A stretch of 64,000 nucleotides of DNA from Leucoraja erinacea (GCF_028641065.1 NC_073389.1:21824001-21888000); one strand, 5' to 3'. Shown: positions 48,236 to 61,589, numbered from the stretch's first letter. Notes: a model not told the origin generated them from the sequence alone. A program made the numbers and translations.

Positions 48236-51200
48236 TTTTACTTCGGAGTCACGTGAGTGATTCCGTGAAGAAGCCCGTCCCAGGACGCGTTGCGGCATTA
48301 CGTTTCAGCAGGCCAAGCGGCAGCGCGGGAGACAGGGCTCCCGCAGAAACGAGAAAAGCTAAAGTTTAGGTAAGTACTTACCTTTACTTTACAGCCTTTG
48401 CGTCTGCTTGTTCCCTGCAGGGCATGCAAGCGGCCCCTTGGACTCCGGGAGGAGTTTTTCCGTTGTCGGGAGGGGAGGAAGACGCAACTAGGACTCACCG
48501 GCGGACCATGGTGCGGGTGCCGGTAAGCTGTCCTCAGGGGCGACATCGGCGCAGGGCTAGCACTGCGCTGGGGTTCCCCTCAGTCCTCCCTCGCCCTCAA
48601 GGACTGTCCAGGTGAGGCAGGCAGGCGGGCGGGAGGAGGCTTCCGACTTTTGCGGAGCCGTTAAGGGGACCCACGGAGCAGTGCTGGCGTGGAGTGCGCT
48701 GCAGCCCGAGTGCAGCAGCCCGAGGAGAGAGAGAGAGGGAGAGGGAGGACCGCTAATCAGCGCCCCGCTCCCGACTCTGTACCAAGCCCGTCAGCATCAG
48801 CTGCGGGCTGGGAGGGAAATGCTGCACCTGCCCGACGAAACGACGTCTTTGGGCAGCAACAGGTGGTAGGACCGCTTAGGGGGCGGTCCACAAACCCGAC
48901 ACCGGGACCTAGCCAGCCCGCTAGCGCCTGAGCAACGGGCTGGATGTGTGTAAAACCCGGCGGTGGAGCCAACATCGGACTGGGAAGTCTCTCCACCCAG
49001 GAGGAGGAGAGACTGCCGCCTGAACTACAGGAGCAGCTCTTGGGCATTCCAAAGGTAAGTTTGCAGTTGTGTTTTTATTACATAGTTCAGGAACACAACG
49101 CAAAACTCGCAAAGAGGTACTGCCCCGCTCCAACTATACCAGCAGCGGGGCAGCAACCGGCGGCAGCGTCGCTCGCAGAGCGTTTTCGCTATCCCTGAGA
49201 CCGAGCCAAGCCAGTCTCGCCAGAGCCTACACGGCGGACTGGGAAAGGGGCTAGGAAGCCAAACGGCCGGTCGTCTCCGACTCGTCGGAGGGGGGAAATG
49301 TCCACCCCAAAGCGGGGGAGAGACAGCCGCCTAAGCTGCATCCAGCAGCTATTGGAGGGGATGGTCTACCGAGAGCAGCAGCGCTCTCGGACAGACAGGA
49401 CAGGCGCCCCCTCCATGGTGCTGAGTCCGGCACCTCCCTTTGCGACCTCGGACCAGGAATGGGAGGTTAGCATTGAAATGAAAATGAAATGAAATGATTC
49501 AATTTATTGTCATTGTCAGTGTACAGTACAGAGACAACGAAATGCATTTTTAGCATCTCCCTTGAAAGGGAGACACAGGGCGTCGCGGTGTGCCCGCGCC
49601 TGCCGCCGTAATTACATTCCATTACAGGCAAAGGTGGGTGAAGTGTCTTGCCCAAGGACACAACGACAGTATGCACTCCAAGCGGGATTTGAACCGGCTA
49701 CCTTCCGGTCGCCAGCCGAACTCTTAGCCCATTGTGCTATCTGTCGCCCTGGTGACCATTGGTGACCATTGGTGACCAGGGGCAGGCTGGTCTGAGTATG
49801 GGGCAGGCGGAAGGAGCCGAAAGAGAGCAGGGTGTGCAGGAAGAGCTGCTAGGGGTTGTAAGCCGCTTTGTCGCTACCCCACGGGTTGGAGCACCGCTGG
49901 AGCCAAGGATGGCTGCCAGCATAAATCATCTCTCCAACAAACCTCTGCAGGGACAGATTCGGAGACAGGAGGTCAAACTACAGCGCATACTTCGCCTCCT
50001 CACGGCGGCTATAACAGCCTATGCGCGGGGAGTCGAGACCGTAGAGATGACCACTCACCAACAGGATGTCCTGGCACTCATGTGCACGACACAATATGAG
50101 TTGGATAACCTAAGAAGAGACAACATCAAGCCGGCCCTCAATCCTAAATTTGCAGGTTTATGCAAAACTCCATCAGTAGAGACCGACTCATTCTTATTTG
50201 GGAAGGACTTGAACAAACAGCTCAAAGAGATGGAGGAGGCGTCCAAGACCTTTAGCCTCATGAGGGCACCACCGGCAGTGAACATACCAAAGCTCTTCAT
50301 TCCACCCAGGCGGCAGCACACCACTGTATCTACCAGTCGGCGGCCCGAACATCCGACTGGTCAAAGCTGTGGGCCGCACTATCCCCAGAGACCTTTTTTT
50401 TTTTTCAGGGCCTGCAGCAGACCCCCTGGAAAATGCGCCCCCCCCCAACATCGCCAGCACGTCGACAGGGAAACACTCACACTCAAAAAGAAAAAAAATC
50501 ACAACCCCGCCAATAACCATGGAGGTAGGTGGGTCTGGTTCCTACCAGCATATAGAGCGCTTTCTTGGACTATCTTGGCTTTCATATTAATTCAGTCCAC
50601 GTAACTATAATGTTGCCAAGAGACAACATAGTTGAATTGGCACAAACAAGGGACAAATTAATGGTCAAACTACCAACTACTCGACAAATAACAGAGTAAT
50701 TGGGGGAAAATGATACCATTTTCTGTCTACATGATTCAGATGTTAGTATCAAGAACAACATATAGGTTGTCATTGAGCATCTCATGAAGTTACCGACTGA
50801 AATAATATCAGAAAGACAGTGGTGGGGTTACCACTTACACTGGGCATTAAGTATCTAAAAATGCTCGGGTGAAATTCATGAGTTTAAGCACTTGCATGTA
50901 TGGGTATAAATAGACTACACTATGGAGGTGGCCTATATTAACCATATGGCAGCATAAAGTCGGTATCATATGACAAGTTGGTCAAAACAATTTGGCAATG
51001 GTATATCCATAGAGGTATTGGACTATCAACAACTTACCTGCCTGGTAAGCAAAATACAGTGACAGACACCAGGTCACAAAAAATTAAGGACAACATCAAG
51101 TAGATGTTTTCATATAAAGTTTAACAAAACTATCAAGCTATACGATGCATTTCATTGTCTCTGTACTGCACACTGACAATGACAATTAAAATGGAATGTG

Positions 51201-53106
51201 AATCTGATATCGATTATTTGCATCAATGCTATATCACCAGGGGTTCGGGGATGTCCTATGTATGTCGCGGGGGGAAACTAGACCCTGGGGCAGTGGAATC
51301 CTCATATATAAAAAAAAATTTCTCTGGGACAGATAGTTCCAGCAGAAAGCTTGTCAGCTATATATATTAACTTTTCTGACCTATAGGTCATGTTGTCATT
51401 CAACAATATATTTATAATATTGATAGACAAATGCGTTCATGTTGCATTGGTGAAATTAATTCTATGTATTTTTTCCCTTCTGCCTCACCAATCGAGAACA
51501 ACGCACAGTACAAAAGGATTCTGTTTCAGAACTTACGCTATGACATGATTGTTGGAACTTGCATGGAGTTTTTCCAGTACCCAGGATTATTAACAATCGG
51601 AGCCGGGCACAAATCAACTGTGCCATGAGAAAATAAGCTCCTGAGCTGCAGATTCTGCGCAAGCCTCTGGGACTGGGATTGTTATACTGAACAATCAACA
51701 CCATGTCAGCATCCTTTTGAACATTCACTGGACTACAACACTTGTCCAGCATCAACAGAAGTGCTGCAAGGATACAGGGAAAACCTACTCATCCGATACA
51801 GGTACTACAAACTGGAATTCCTGGAGAACCGTCATCACGATGAAGGATTCGGCTACAGTACCATCAACACAGCTAGAATTGCCCTGACTGTTCTTTTCAA
51901 AACAGCTACAGGACAACAGGTATGGGTTACTGGCTGGGGGTAAATTTGAAGGGTATTAAACTCTAAAACCCTAGACCAAGTACACCCATATGTTGGGATG
52001 TCACAATGGTTAACCATACTTCAGGGGATACTCACCAGCCAGAGCCCTAAACCTGAACCTTCTATGCACTAAAAACATATGTTGAAGGCACACTGAGCAG
52101 CACAGAGGGTCCAGTCACTACTCCTATTTCAACTGGACACCATGCTCACAGCTTCAGACCAGATCTCTATCATTTGTCCAGGGAATGGTCAAACCAGACC
52201 AGGAATACCTTATCCAGTCATAAAATCCGGGCTTACCCGCCAGAAAACACGGTAATGTACCAAGACCCTTTTTTACCTTACATAGACACAACCTAATTAT
52301 GCGAGGGAGATGAAAAGCCTTGTGGGTTGGTCACAAAAAACCTTGTGGTCGGGTAACAAGCCTTTTTTGAAATGGCTCAAGCAGGTTAAAGCTCCTGGGA
52401 TAAAACTAACATGTCAAAGTTGTCATCCCACAGGAGAAGCTTCCACGTCAACGGCAAAAGAATGGACGTACCTATAAACCACATCCTGGCTCCAGCAGAA
52501 TAGTGGGGGTAAAACGTTCAGAGAAATAATTTATTATAAACTGTTGACAAAACCTGTTTTTTCATTTGCAGGAAAGATTCCAATCTGCAAATATTCAAAT
52601 TAGCCAAAGGGAGCATTTAAATTTCTTCAGTGTCTATTGTAAAATACCATTGGGTTTTCTATAACAGAATCATTGGTTGGTTACGATACACACTTCCTCC
52701 CTCAAAGACTTCGGCAGTGAGTGTAGTATAACTGTTACACGGTTTGCAATCACAGAGCTTTGAAATCTTCACGGAATCACTCACGTGACTCCGAAGTAAA
52801 ATAGTAAGATTAAACGAGAACTTACCAGTTTGAAGTTTGATCTGTATTTTATGAGGAGTTACGATGAGGGTTTACGTGCCCTCCGCTCCCACCCTCATTA
52901 CATGGATCAAACTGATAATTGATGTCTCTTTGTTCTTTACTATGTTACTTCAAATACTTGTGTCTATCTGTGATTCCACACCGCTGCTTTGAAGTATGCC
53001 GCAACGCGTCCTGGGACGGGCTTCTTCACGTAAACCCTCATCGTAACTCCTCATAAAATACAGATCAAACTTCAAACTGGTAAGTTCTCGTTTAATCTTA
53101 CTATTT
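48236..53106 (+). mobile_element. DIRS1-type element C (non-autonomous, decayed ORFs, perfect terminal structures)
   Basis: 5' ttttacttcggagtcacgtg; ICR 52766-52878; right ITR 52996-53030; 3' ...cttactattt. gag is close to element A; pol and YR are heavily frameshifted and deleted. Confidence 0.92.
49474..49749 (-). mobile_element. tRNA-derived CORE-type SINE with Rex1-like tail, inserted in the gag of element C
   Basis: A box tagcacaatgg, B box ggttcaaatcc, CORE-like gtgtccttgggcaagacactt, tail catttcgttgtc...tgacaataaa(tttca)n. Confidence 0.72.
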
Positions 53107-53309
53107 ACATTGTTTTGGCATCGGGTTAAGTATATTTTACAGGCAAGCATTTTGGAGACCTAATCTTCAAGTTCCTCATGCTCATCATTAAGGTAAACAA
53201 GTCTCATTTCTTATCAGTTGCCATATCAAAGTGTGAAGCATCCAGATAGGATGCTTTCTATGGTCTATAGGTAGAAATTGGCAAGACCACTGCAATGTTC
53301 ATAAGTTAT

Positions 53310-56280
53310 AGAAAGATAGAAAATAGGTGCAGGAGGAGGCCATTTGGCCCTTCGAGCCAGCACCGCCATTCATTGTGATCATGGCTGATACCATTGAAGT
53401 CCCCAATCAATAACCCGTGCCTGCCTTCTCCCCATATTCCTTGATTCCACTAGCCCCTAGAGCTCTATCTAACTCTCTCTTAAATCCATCCAGTGATTTG
53501 GCCTCCACTGCTCTCTGTGGCAGGGAATTTCACAAATTGACAACTCTCTGGGTGAAAAAGTTTTTTCTCACCTCAGTCTTAAATGGCCTCCCCTTTATTC
53601 TAAGGCTGCGGCCCCTGGTTCTGGACTCACCCAACATTGGGAACATTTTTCCTGCATCTAGCTTGTCCAGTCCTTTTATAATTTTATATGTTTCTATAAG
53701 ATCCCCCCTCATCTTTATAAACTCCAGTGAATACAAGCCTAGTCTTTTCAATCTTTCCTCATATGACAGTCCCGCCATCCCAGGGATCAATCTTGTGAAT
53801 CTACGTTGCACTGTTTCAATCACAAGGATGTCCTTCCGCAAATTAGGAGACCAAAACTGTACACAATACTCCAGATGTGGTCTTACAAGAGCCTTATACA
53901 ACTGCAGAAGAACCTCTTTACTCGTTTATTGAAATCCTCTTGTTATGAAGGCCCACATTCCATTAGCTTTCTTCACTGTCTGCTGTACCTGCACGCCAAC
54001 TTTCAGTGACTGGTGTACAAGGACACCCAGGTCTCGCTGTACCTCCCCCTTACCTAACCTAACCCCATTGAGATAATAATCTGCCCCCTTGTTTTTGCTG
54101 CCAAAGTGGATAACCTCACATTTATCTATATTATACAGCATCTGCCACGCATCTGCCCACTCACTGAACCTGTCCAGGTCACCCTGCAACCTCCTAACAT
54201 CCTTTTCACAGTTCACACTGCCACCCAGCTTTGTGTCATCCGCAAACTTGCTAGTGTTGCTCCTAATTCCCTCTTCCAAATCATTAATATATATGGTAAA
54301 CAGTTGCGGCCCCAACACCGAGCCTTGCGGCACTCCATTCGCCACTGCCTGCCATTCTGAAAAGGACCCGTTCACTCCTACTCTTTGCTTCCTGTCAGCC
54401 AACCAATTTTCTATCCATGCCAACACCCTACCCCCAATACCATGTGCTCTCATTTTAGTCACCAGTCTCCCGTGCGGGACCTTATCAAAGGCTTTCTGAA
54501 AGTCTAGATACACTACATCCACTGGCTCTCCTTCATCCATTTTATTTGTCACATCCTCAAAATATTCCAGAAGATTAGTCTAGCATGATTTTCCTTTCAT
54601 AAATCCATGCTGACTTGGACTAATCCTTTTACTGCTATCCAAATGCCCCATTATTATCTCTTTAATAATTGACTCCATCATCTTTCCCACCACCGAAGTC
54701 AGGCTAAGTGGTCTGTAATTCCCCGTTTTCTCTCTCGCTCCTTTCGTGAAAAGTGGGATAACATTAGCTATCCTCCAATCCACAGGAACTGATCCTGAAT
54801 CTATTGAACATTGGAAAATGATCACCAATGTGTCCACTATTTCTAAAGCCACCTCCCTGAGGACCCTGGGATGCAGACCATCAGGCTCAGGGGATTTATC
54901 ATCCTTCAGTCCCATTAGCCTACCCAATACTAATTTCTCGCCTAATGAAAATTTCTTTCAGTTCCTCTACACCCTTAGATACTCTGTCCTCCAGTACTTC
55001 TGGGAGATTGTTTGTGTCTTCCTTAGTGAAGACAGATCCGAAGTACCTGTTCAACTATTCTGCCATCTCCTTGTTCCCCATAATAATTTCACCCGCGTCT
55101 GCCTTCAAGGGACCCACATTTGACTTTGCTACTCTTTTTCCGTTAACATATCGAAATAAGCTTTTACTGTCCTTCTTTATATTCCTGGCCAGCTTCTCCT
55201 CGTACTTCATCTTTTCAGCCCGTATTGCCCGTTTTGTTTCCTTCTGTTGTCCTATGAAATTTTCCCACTCCTCTGGCTTCCGGCTACTCTTTGCTGTGTT
55301 ATACATCTTTTATTTTAGTTTTATTCTATCCCTAACTTCTCTTGTCAGCCATGGTTGCCTCCTACTCCCCTTAGAATCTTTCTTCCTTTTTGGAATGAAA
55401 TGATCCTGCATCTTCTGGATTATACGCAGAAATTCCTGCTATTGCTGTTCCACTGTCATTCCTGCTAGGATCCCTTTCCAGTTGACCTTGGCCAGCCCCT
55501 CTCTCATGCCTTCATAGTCCCCTTTGTTCAACTGCATCACTGACACTTCCAATTTAACCTTCTCCTTCTCAAATTGCAGATTAAAACTAATCATATTATG
55601 ATCACTACCTCCAAGTGGTTCCGTAACCTCTAGTTCTCTTATTAACTCTAGTTCATTGGACAACACTAAATCCAGAATTGCCTTTTCTCTGGTTGGCTCC
55701 ATTACAAGCTTCTCTAAGAATCCATCTCGGAGGCACTCTACAAATTCTCTTTCTTGGGGTCTTGAACCAACCTGATTTTACCAGTCTACCTGCATATTGA
55801 GATCCCCCATCACCACAGTGGCATCACCTTTGTTATATGCCAGTTTTAACTCCTTCTACAACTTACACCCTACATCCGGGCTACTATTTGGGGGTCTGTA
55901 GATAATACCAATTAGTGTCTTCTTGCCTTTGCAATTCCTCAACTCAATCCACAGTGACTATACCTCGTCAGTCCCTATGTCTTCCCTCGCAAGGGACTGA
56001 ATTCCATCCCTCACCAGCAGAGCTACCCCCCTCCTCTGCCCACCTGCCTGTCCTTTCTATAGAATGTATAGCCCTGAATATTAAGTTCCCAGGCCCCATC
56101 CTCCTGCAGCCACATCTCAGTAATTCCCACCATGTCATATTTAGCAACCTCTAACTGAGCCTCAAGCTCATCTACTTTACTTCTTATACTTCGCGCATTC
56201 ATATACAATACTTTAAATTCCTTATGCATCTCACCTTTCACATCGATCCCTATTACGCTTGGTCATACTCTCCTATCCTA
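53310..56280 (-). mobile_element. Near-complete CR1-clade ORF2 (APE endonuclease and RT), frameshifted
   Basis: LYMNARSIRSK..GITE.W, PTR..AILDLV, SDHN, GNYRPLSLTS, YLDFQKAFDKV, VPQGSVLGP, KFADD, RPHLEY. Confidence 0.92.
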
Positions 56281-56283
56281 ATG

Positions 56284-56750
56284 GAACAGAATTAGGCCAT
56301 TCGGCCAATCAAGTCTACTACGTCAATCAATCATGGCTGATCTATCTTTCCATTTCAACCCCATTCTCCTGCTTTCTCTCCATAACCCTGACACCCATAC
56401 TAATCAAGAATATGTCAAGCGCTGCGTTAAAAATATCCATTGACAGCCTGCACAGTAGTCTACACAATGAGTTCCACAGATTCACCACCCTCTGACTAAA
56501 GAAATTCTTTCTCATCTCCTTTCTACAGGTGTGTCCTTTTATTCTGAGGCTATGGCCTCTGGTCCTAGGCTCTCCCACTAGAGGAAATATCCTCTTCACA
56601 TCCACTCTATCGAGACCTTTCACTATTCGGTAAGTTTCAAAGAGGTCCCCCCCCTTCCCCTCTTCCTTCTAAACTACAGCGAGTACAGCTCCAGTTCCAT
56701 TAAACACTCCAGATATGGTAACCCAATTATTCCTGGGATCATTCTCATTG
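56284..56750 (-). mobile_element. CR1-clade 3' fragment
   Basis: RTRGHSLRIKG...SQRVVNLWNSL. Confidence 0.8.
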
Positions 56751-57043
56751 GTGTGCTTTCTTGTGTCAATGTGGTTAAACCAGGATAAGATGTTGGTGAT
56801 ATTTCGCTCTTCACCATCGCCACATGATACAGACCAATTGATATAGACAGATATGGATGTTATAGTTGTTATAGTTGTTCTATTCTACATGCTAGGGATA
56901 ATTTACAGAAGCCAATTAAACGACACATTTTTGGAGTGTGGGTGGAAACCGGAGAGAACCCATGTAGGTGTCAGGGAGAACGTGCAAACTCCATAGAGAC
57001 AACACCCACAGGCAGGAACGAACCTGGGTCTCTAGTGCTCTAA

Positions 57044-57349
57044 TGGGCCTGTCCCACGTGGCGATTTTTAGGCAACTGCCGGCGACTATCATAGTCGTAG
57101 CAAGTTGCCAAAAAAATGATGACAACCTACGTCATCCTGGCGACAGTCTGCGACAACACGTACATCATGAGAAGTCAAGCTACGCTCATTGGCGTCAAAC
57201 CCACTGTCGACAAAAAATGTTCAACAGCCCAGAAAGACGCTACGACTTTTTGCCCGACAGGAGACTACTCCCAGCGACCACCGGCAAACATACGGTGACA
57301 AACTAGTCGCCCTTAGTTGCCTAAAAAATCGCCTAAGTGGGACAGGCCA
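57044..57349. mobile_element. PIF/Harbinger-type MITE nested in a SINE
   Basis: TIRs tgggcctgtcccac and gtgggacaggcca; TAA TSD restores the SINE motif taaggcagc. Confidence 0.8.
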
Positions 57350-58454
57350 TAAGGCAGCAACTCTACCACTGTACCTCTGCGCCGTTCTGCACATTACACT
57401 CTCTCATGGATATTGAAGAAAGTTGTGATATTTCTTGGTGTGGACAAGCATAAAAAAGATCTTGACATTTTAAGATGGAGGGGAGAGGGTGGATTCCAAA
57501 ACTTTGGGGCTTTGCGACTAAAGGCCTGGCTGCCAATGGAAAGGCAATAAGAATGAGAAAAAGCATTGGTAACCAAATCCTGAGGGAAATTGGGAATAAT
57601 AGGGAATATTGTAGGATTGGATAAGGTTAAAGAAATATGAAGCCATGAAGGGATTTAAACAAGATTAAAAATAATCAACTTGGAGTTCTTAGGTAACAGA
57701 GTAATTGAAGAAACGTTATCAGATATTAATGTGAGTAAGTATTTCACAGAACTCCATTGCTTCATCTTGTAGAATTGGCAGATGCACAATGGTAACAGAA
57801 TATAAATTGATGATTTTGATCACCTGGATATTAACAGGATTCTCATTTTCCAATGGTTTACATTGTTACTTTTAGTCATGTTGACATTGGGTGGCTGCCT
57901 GGGAACAAATTTTGAGCCTGTCACAATTTTGAGCGAAGATAGACAAAAAATGCTGGGGTAATTCAGCGGGACAGTCATCATCTCTGGAGAGAAGGAATGG
58001 GTCATTGTCGAGGTGTGATACCTCTGAGACTGCAGTTTTAAAGGTGAAAGATGCAACACTAAGAGTGAACTGTATGTGTGCTAAAAGCAATATCTTTAAT
58101 TATTAAGAATGTTGTAATGACATTTGACCCATGAGGATTGAGTTTCTATTTCTGGAGCTTGAAATTTTTAAGTATTTTCCCATGTATTCATCTGAAGAAC
58201 TGTGCAGAATTCTTATCTTTTCCAGGCTACCATAAATTCACCTTTAACTTGTTGTCATGGATGTTGTGATCACTAATGAATAGCTTTTAATTATACATGC
58301 AGTCATAGGCAACTGGTGGACAGTTTGACAGATATCAGGTGTCTTAAGTTCCTTCCATGGAGGATCTATATGGACAGTTTAACCAGCAGGGTATTCATTT
58401 GTTCAATCAGATTGAAGGCTATTAGAGGGATAGAAAATGAATTAAAGATGGGGA

Positions 58455-58762
58455 AGTTAGAGATGCAGCATGGAAACAGACCCATCGAGTCCACACCGAC
58501 ATCAATCACCCATTCACATTAGCTCCATGTTATCCCACTTTCGCATCCACTCGCTCCATATGAGGGGCAATTTTCAGAGGCCAATTAATCCACAAACCTG
58601 CATGTCTTTGGCATGTGGCCAGAAACGGGAGCACCTGGGACAAAACCCAGGTATTCACAGGAAGATCATGCAAACTCCACATAGACAGCCCCTGAAGTCT
58701 GGAGTGAAACCGGGTCACTGGTGTTGCGAGGCAGCAGCTCCACCAGCTGCGCCACTGTGCTG
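58455..58762 (-). mobile_element. HE1-like SINE
   Basis: Family consensus, reverse orientation. Confidence 0.7.
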
Positions 58763-60130
58763 CAGTGAAATAAGATGGAAGATGGAATAAGAGTAGATTA
58801 AAATGGTCCAAGATAATTTTTTTATTGTGTAAGTCTCCACCAATAATCAATTTGTACAAGACATACAGTAACTGGCTGAGTTTATCCTCTTTCTCTGCAT
58901 TTTGCAACTCGCATGGTCATGGGTCTGCTCCTGTGCTGGACTGTTCAGTATTCCCTATTTGCTAACTGCTCGCATTCATTCACTCACTGATCATAAGATA
59001 AAGGAGCAGAATTAGACCATTCAGCCGATTTTGTCTACTGCCATTCAATCATGGCTGATCCATTTTTCCCCCTCTGCCCTATTCTCCTACCTTTTCCCTA
59101 TGACGCTCTTCCTATAAATCTCAATTTAAAAAACACCCAATGTATTGGCCTCCGCAGCCATCTATGGCAATTAATTCCACAGATTCACCACCCTCCGGCT
59201 GAATAAATTCCTCCTCAACTCCATTCTGAAGGTACCGTTCTTCTAACCAGATAAACGTGTCTACAACTCATTCCTATGGTCATCCAGTTTTACCCTATAA
59301 GAGATATTCCCCTCCATCACATCCTACCCTCCCCCCTCACCTCCTAACTCTCCCACATCTTTAGAGACTTATTTTATTTTATTTTACGCTGCCAATTCTA
59401 CAGTTGGCACATAAATCTTTTTCTCCAAATAGTTTTGTGATTTGGAAGCACATAAAGAGATTTGAAACTACAATGTTAGATATGTTATTATGCTATAACA
59501 TACATCAATTAGGCATAACGTAGTCTTTGAAATTTGACAAAAGGTTATCTTTGAAAATGCATAATATAATCTTTGAGGTTTGCCAGTAGATCTTTAAGCA
59601 TATACAAAACACCTGTTAGATGTGCTTTGCAGTCACAGCTGTACAGGCAGAAAACAAAGAGGTGGTACCAAGAAGATCATGGCAAGCTGCTCTTCTTTCT
59701 CGAAGCATCTTTTAATATATACATGCAATGACATTTTTAAGGTTCATGCACGGTTGGCTGCCCAATGATTGTATAGATAATTAGCAATCTGCCAACCAGC
59801 TACCATACGGACCCGGGGAGGAGGGAACTTAAATGGTAATTATAACTTATACATGAAATGGTTGATCATGTAACATTTATTATGTGCAAAACAGGAGTAT
59901 AATTCTATGAGATACTTATGCATGAATACAATTTGTACACATTGTGTTTACAATGATAGGTTGCTGAAGAAATGCCATCCCCACAAAACTTGTTTGTAAA
60001 GCCCTATTTATTGTTCATGAGGATGGAAACCAAAGAGAGCTGTGGTTTGTTGCTATCATGATTTGTTGCAACGAAAGGTTTCAATATGAATTATGTCTTC
60101 ACAACCTTTTAATTGTAGTCAAAATGTTAT

Positions 60131-60337
60131 ATGATGAGGCCAGTTCATTGGCTATATTTAAGAGGGAGTTAGATGTGGCCCTTGTGGCTAAAGGGATCAG
60201 GGGGTATGGAGAGAAGGCAGGTACAGGATACTGAGTTGGATGATCAGCCATGATCATATTGAATGGCGGTGCAGGCTCGAAGGGCCGAATGGCCTACTCC
60301 TGCACCTATTTTCTATGTGTCTATGTCTATGTTTCTA
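60131..60337 (+). mobile_element. CR1 3' UTR fragment
   Basis: Reverse complement match to 4517-4710. Confidence 0.85.
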
Positions 60338-60669
60338 TCAGTGACAATCATGCCAGTAATGGTGCGAACATTGCATTAAGTAAATTATTTAAAAAAATTC
60401 CTCATATTTAAGATATCTGCTGTGGAGGTTACGAGTTACAAACACATTTCTTGTACAGGTAATGAGCTGTATTATAGTGTAAGGTTGTTTTGGGCAAGAG
60501 GTGTTGCAGTGGTAGAGTTGTTGCTTTACAGCGCTTGCAGCGCCAGAGACCCAGGTACGATCCCGACCATGGATGCAGTTTATACAGAGTTCTCCCCGTG
60601 ACCGCGCGGGTTTTCTCAGAGACCTTCAGTTTCCTTCTACACTTTAAAGACATGCAGGTGTGTAGGTTA

Positions 60670-61228
60670 AGCCCCTATCCCACTTTCACGACCTAATTGG
60701 TGACCTCTGCCGAGTTTTCCCTTGACTCATACACGCAGCAGGGTCGCCACGAGGTCGTAGGAGGTCTTCGTAACTCTTCCTCATGCTCGTGAGTGGTCTC
60801 CGTGTACTCATGGCCTCAAGTGGGTCGCGGCGTTTTTTACAGCCTGATAAAAAATGTCCACGAGTAAAAAAAAGGTTGGCATAGAAAAAATTGATACTTT
60901 TTACTCGTAGGTAGGTCGTAGTAGGTCGTGATAGTAGCCGTAGGTAGTCTTAGATAGTCGTAGGTCGGTAACTGACCCGAGAAAAAAAATGCAAACATGA
61001 CATCATTTTTTCATGTGATCATTTTCCACTCGTAGCTAGTCATAGTCGGTCTTAGGTGTGGAAGAGTGAGGTTGAGGGAGGGTTGTAGGAGGTCGTAGAT
61101 ATCATCGTAGAAGATCGTAGACATAGTCGTAGGACGTCTTTTACTTTGGTGAGTCAACACGACCTTGACATTTTTTTCAACTTGTCTAGAATCTTCGTGG
61201 ATTAGATCGTCCAAGTGGGACAGGCCCT
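60670..61228. mobile_element. PIF/Harbinger-type MITE nested in a SINE (60490-61350)
   Basis: TIRs agcccctatcccactt and aagtgggacaggccct; TTA TSD restores the SINE motif aggttaattgg; internal gtcgtag repeats. Confidence 0.78.
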
Positions 61229-61589
61229 TTAATTGGTTTGGTTTAAGTATAAATTGTTCTAAGTGTGTGTATGTGTGGGGATCGCTGGTCAGTGCAAACT
61301 CGGCAGCCTGAGGCGCCTGTTTCTGCACAGTATCTCAACACTAAACTAAAAGGTTATACAGAGGCTAACTTTTGATATCGGATATTGTGAAGGGAGACAG
61401 TCTGGAAACTGAACATTTTCCCTCAAGTCAGATGAGGAACAATTTGTAGAAAGGCACAATGGTGGCTCGTATGCACATGCTGGGAACCAATTACATAATA
61501 CGCTTCATTTCTGGCATAAATGAGGATGATTTTCTATACGGCAAATTCCTGTTAAATCGCTGTAGTAGTGATGTAGGTAAGAAGAAGAT

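Noticed and set aside
49680-49749. tRNA gene
   Set aside because: A/B boxes are present but continue into SINE core and tail; no complete cloverleaf is evident.
53417-55403. Plus-strand ORFs of 125-171 aa
   Set aside because: Antisense shadows of CR1 ORF2.
57826-57879. Possible upstream coding exon (MTKSNNVNHWKMRILLIS, AG|gtgatc)
   Set aside because: Weak donor, and phase 2 is incompatible with the open frame at the 46820 acceptor.
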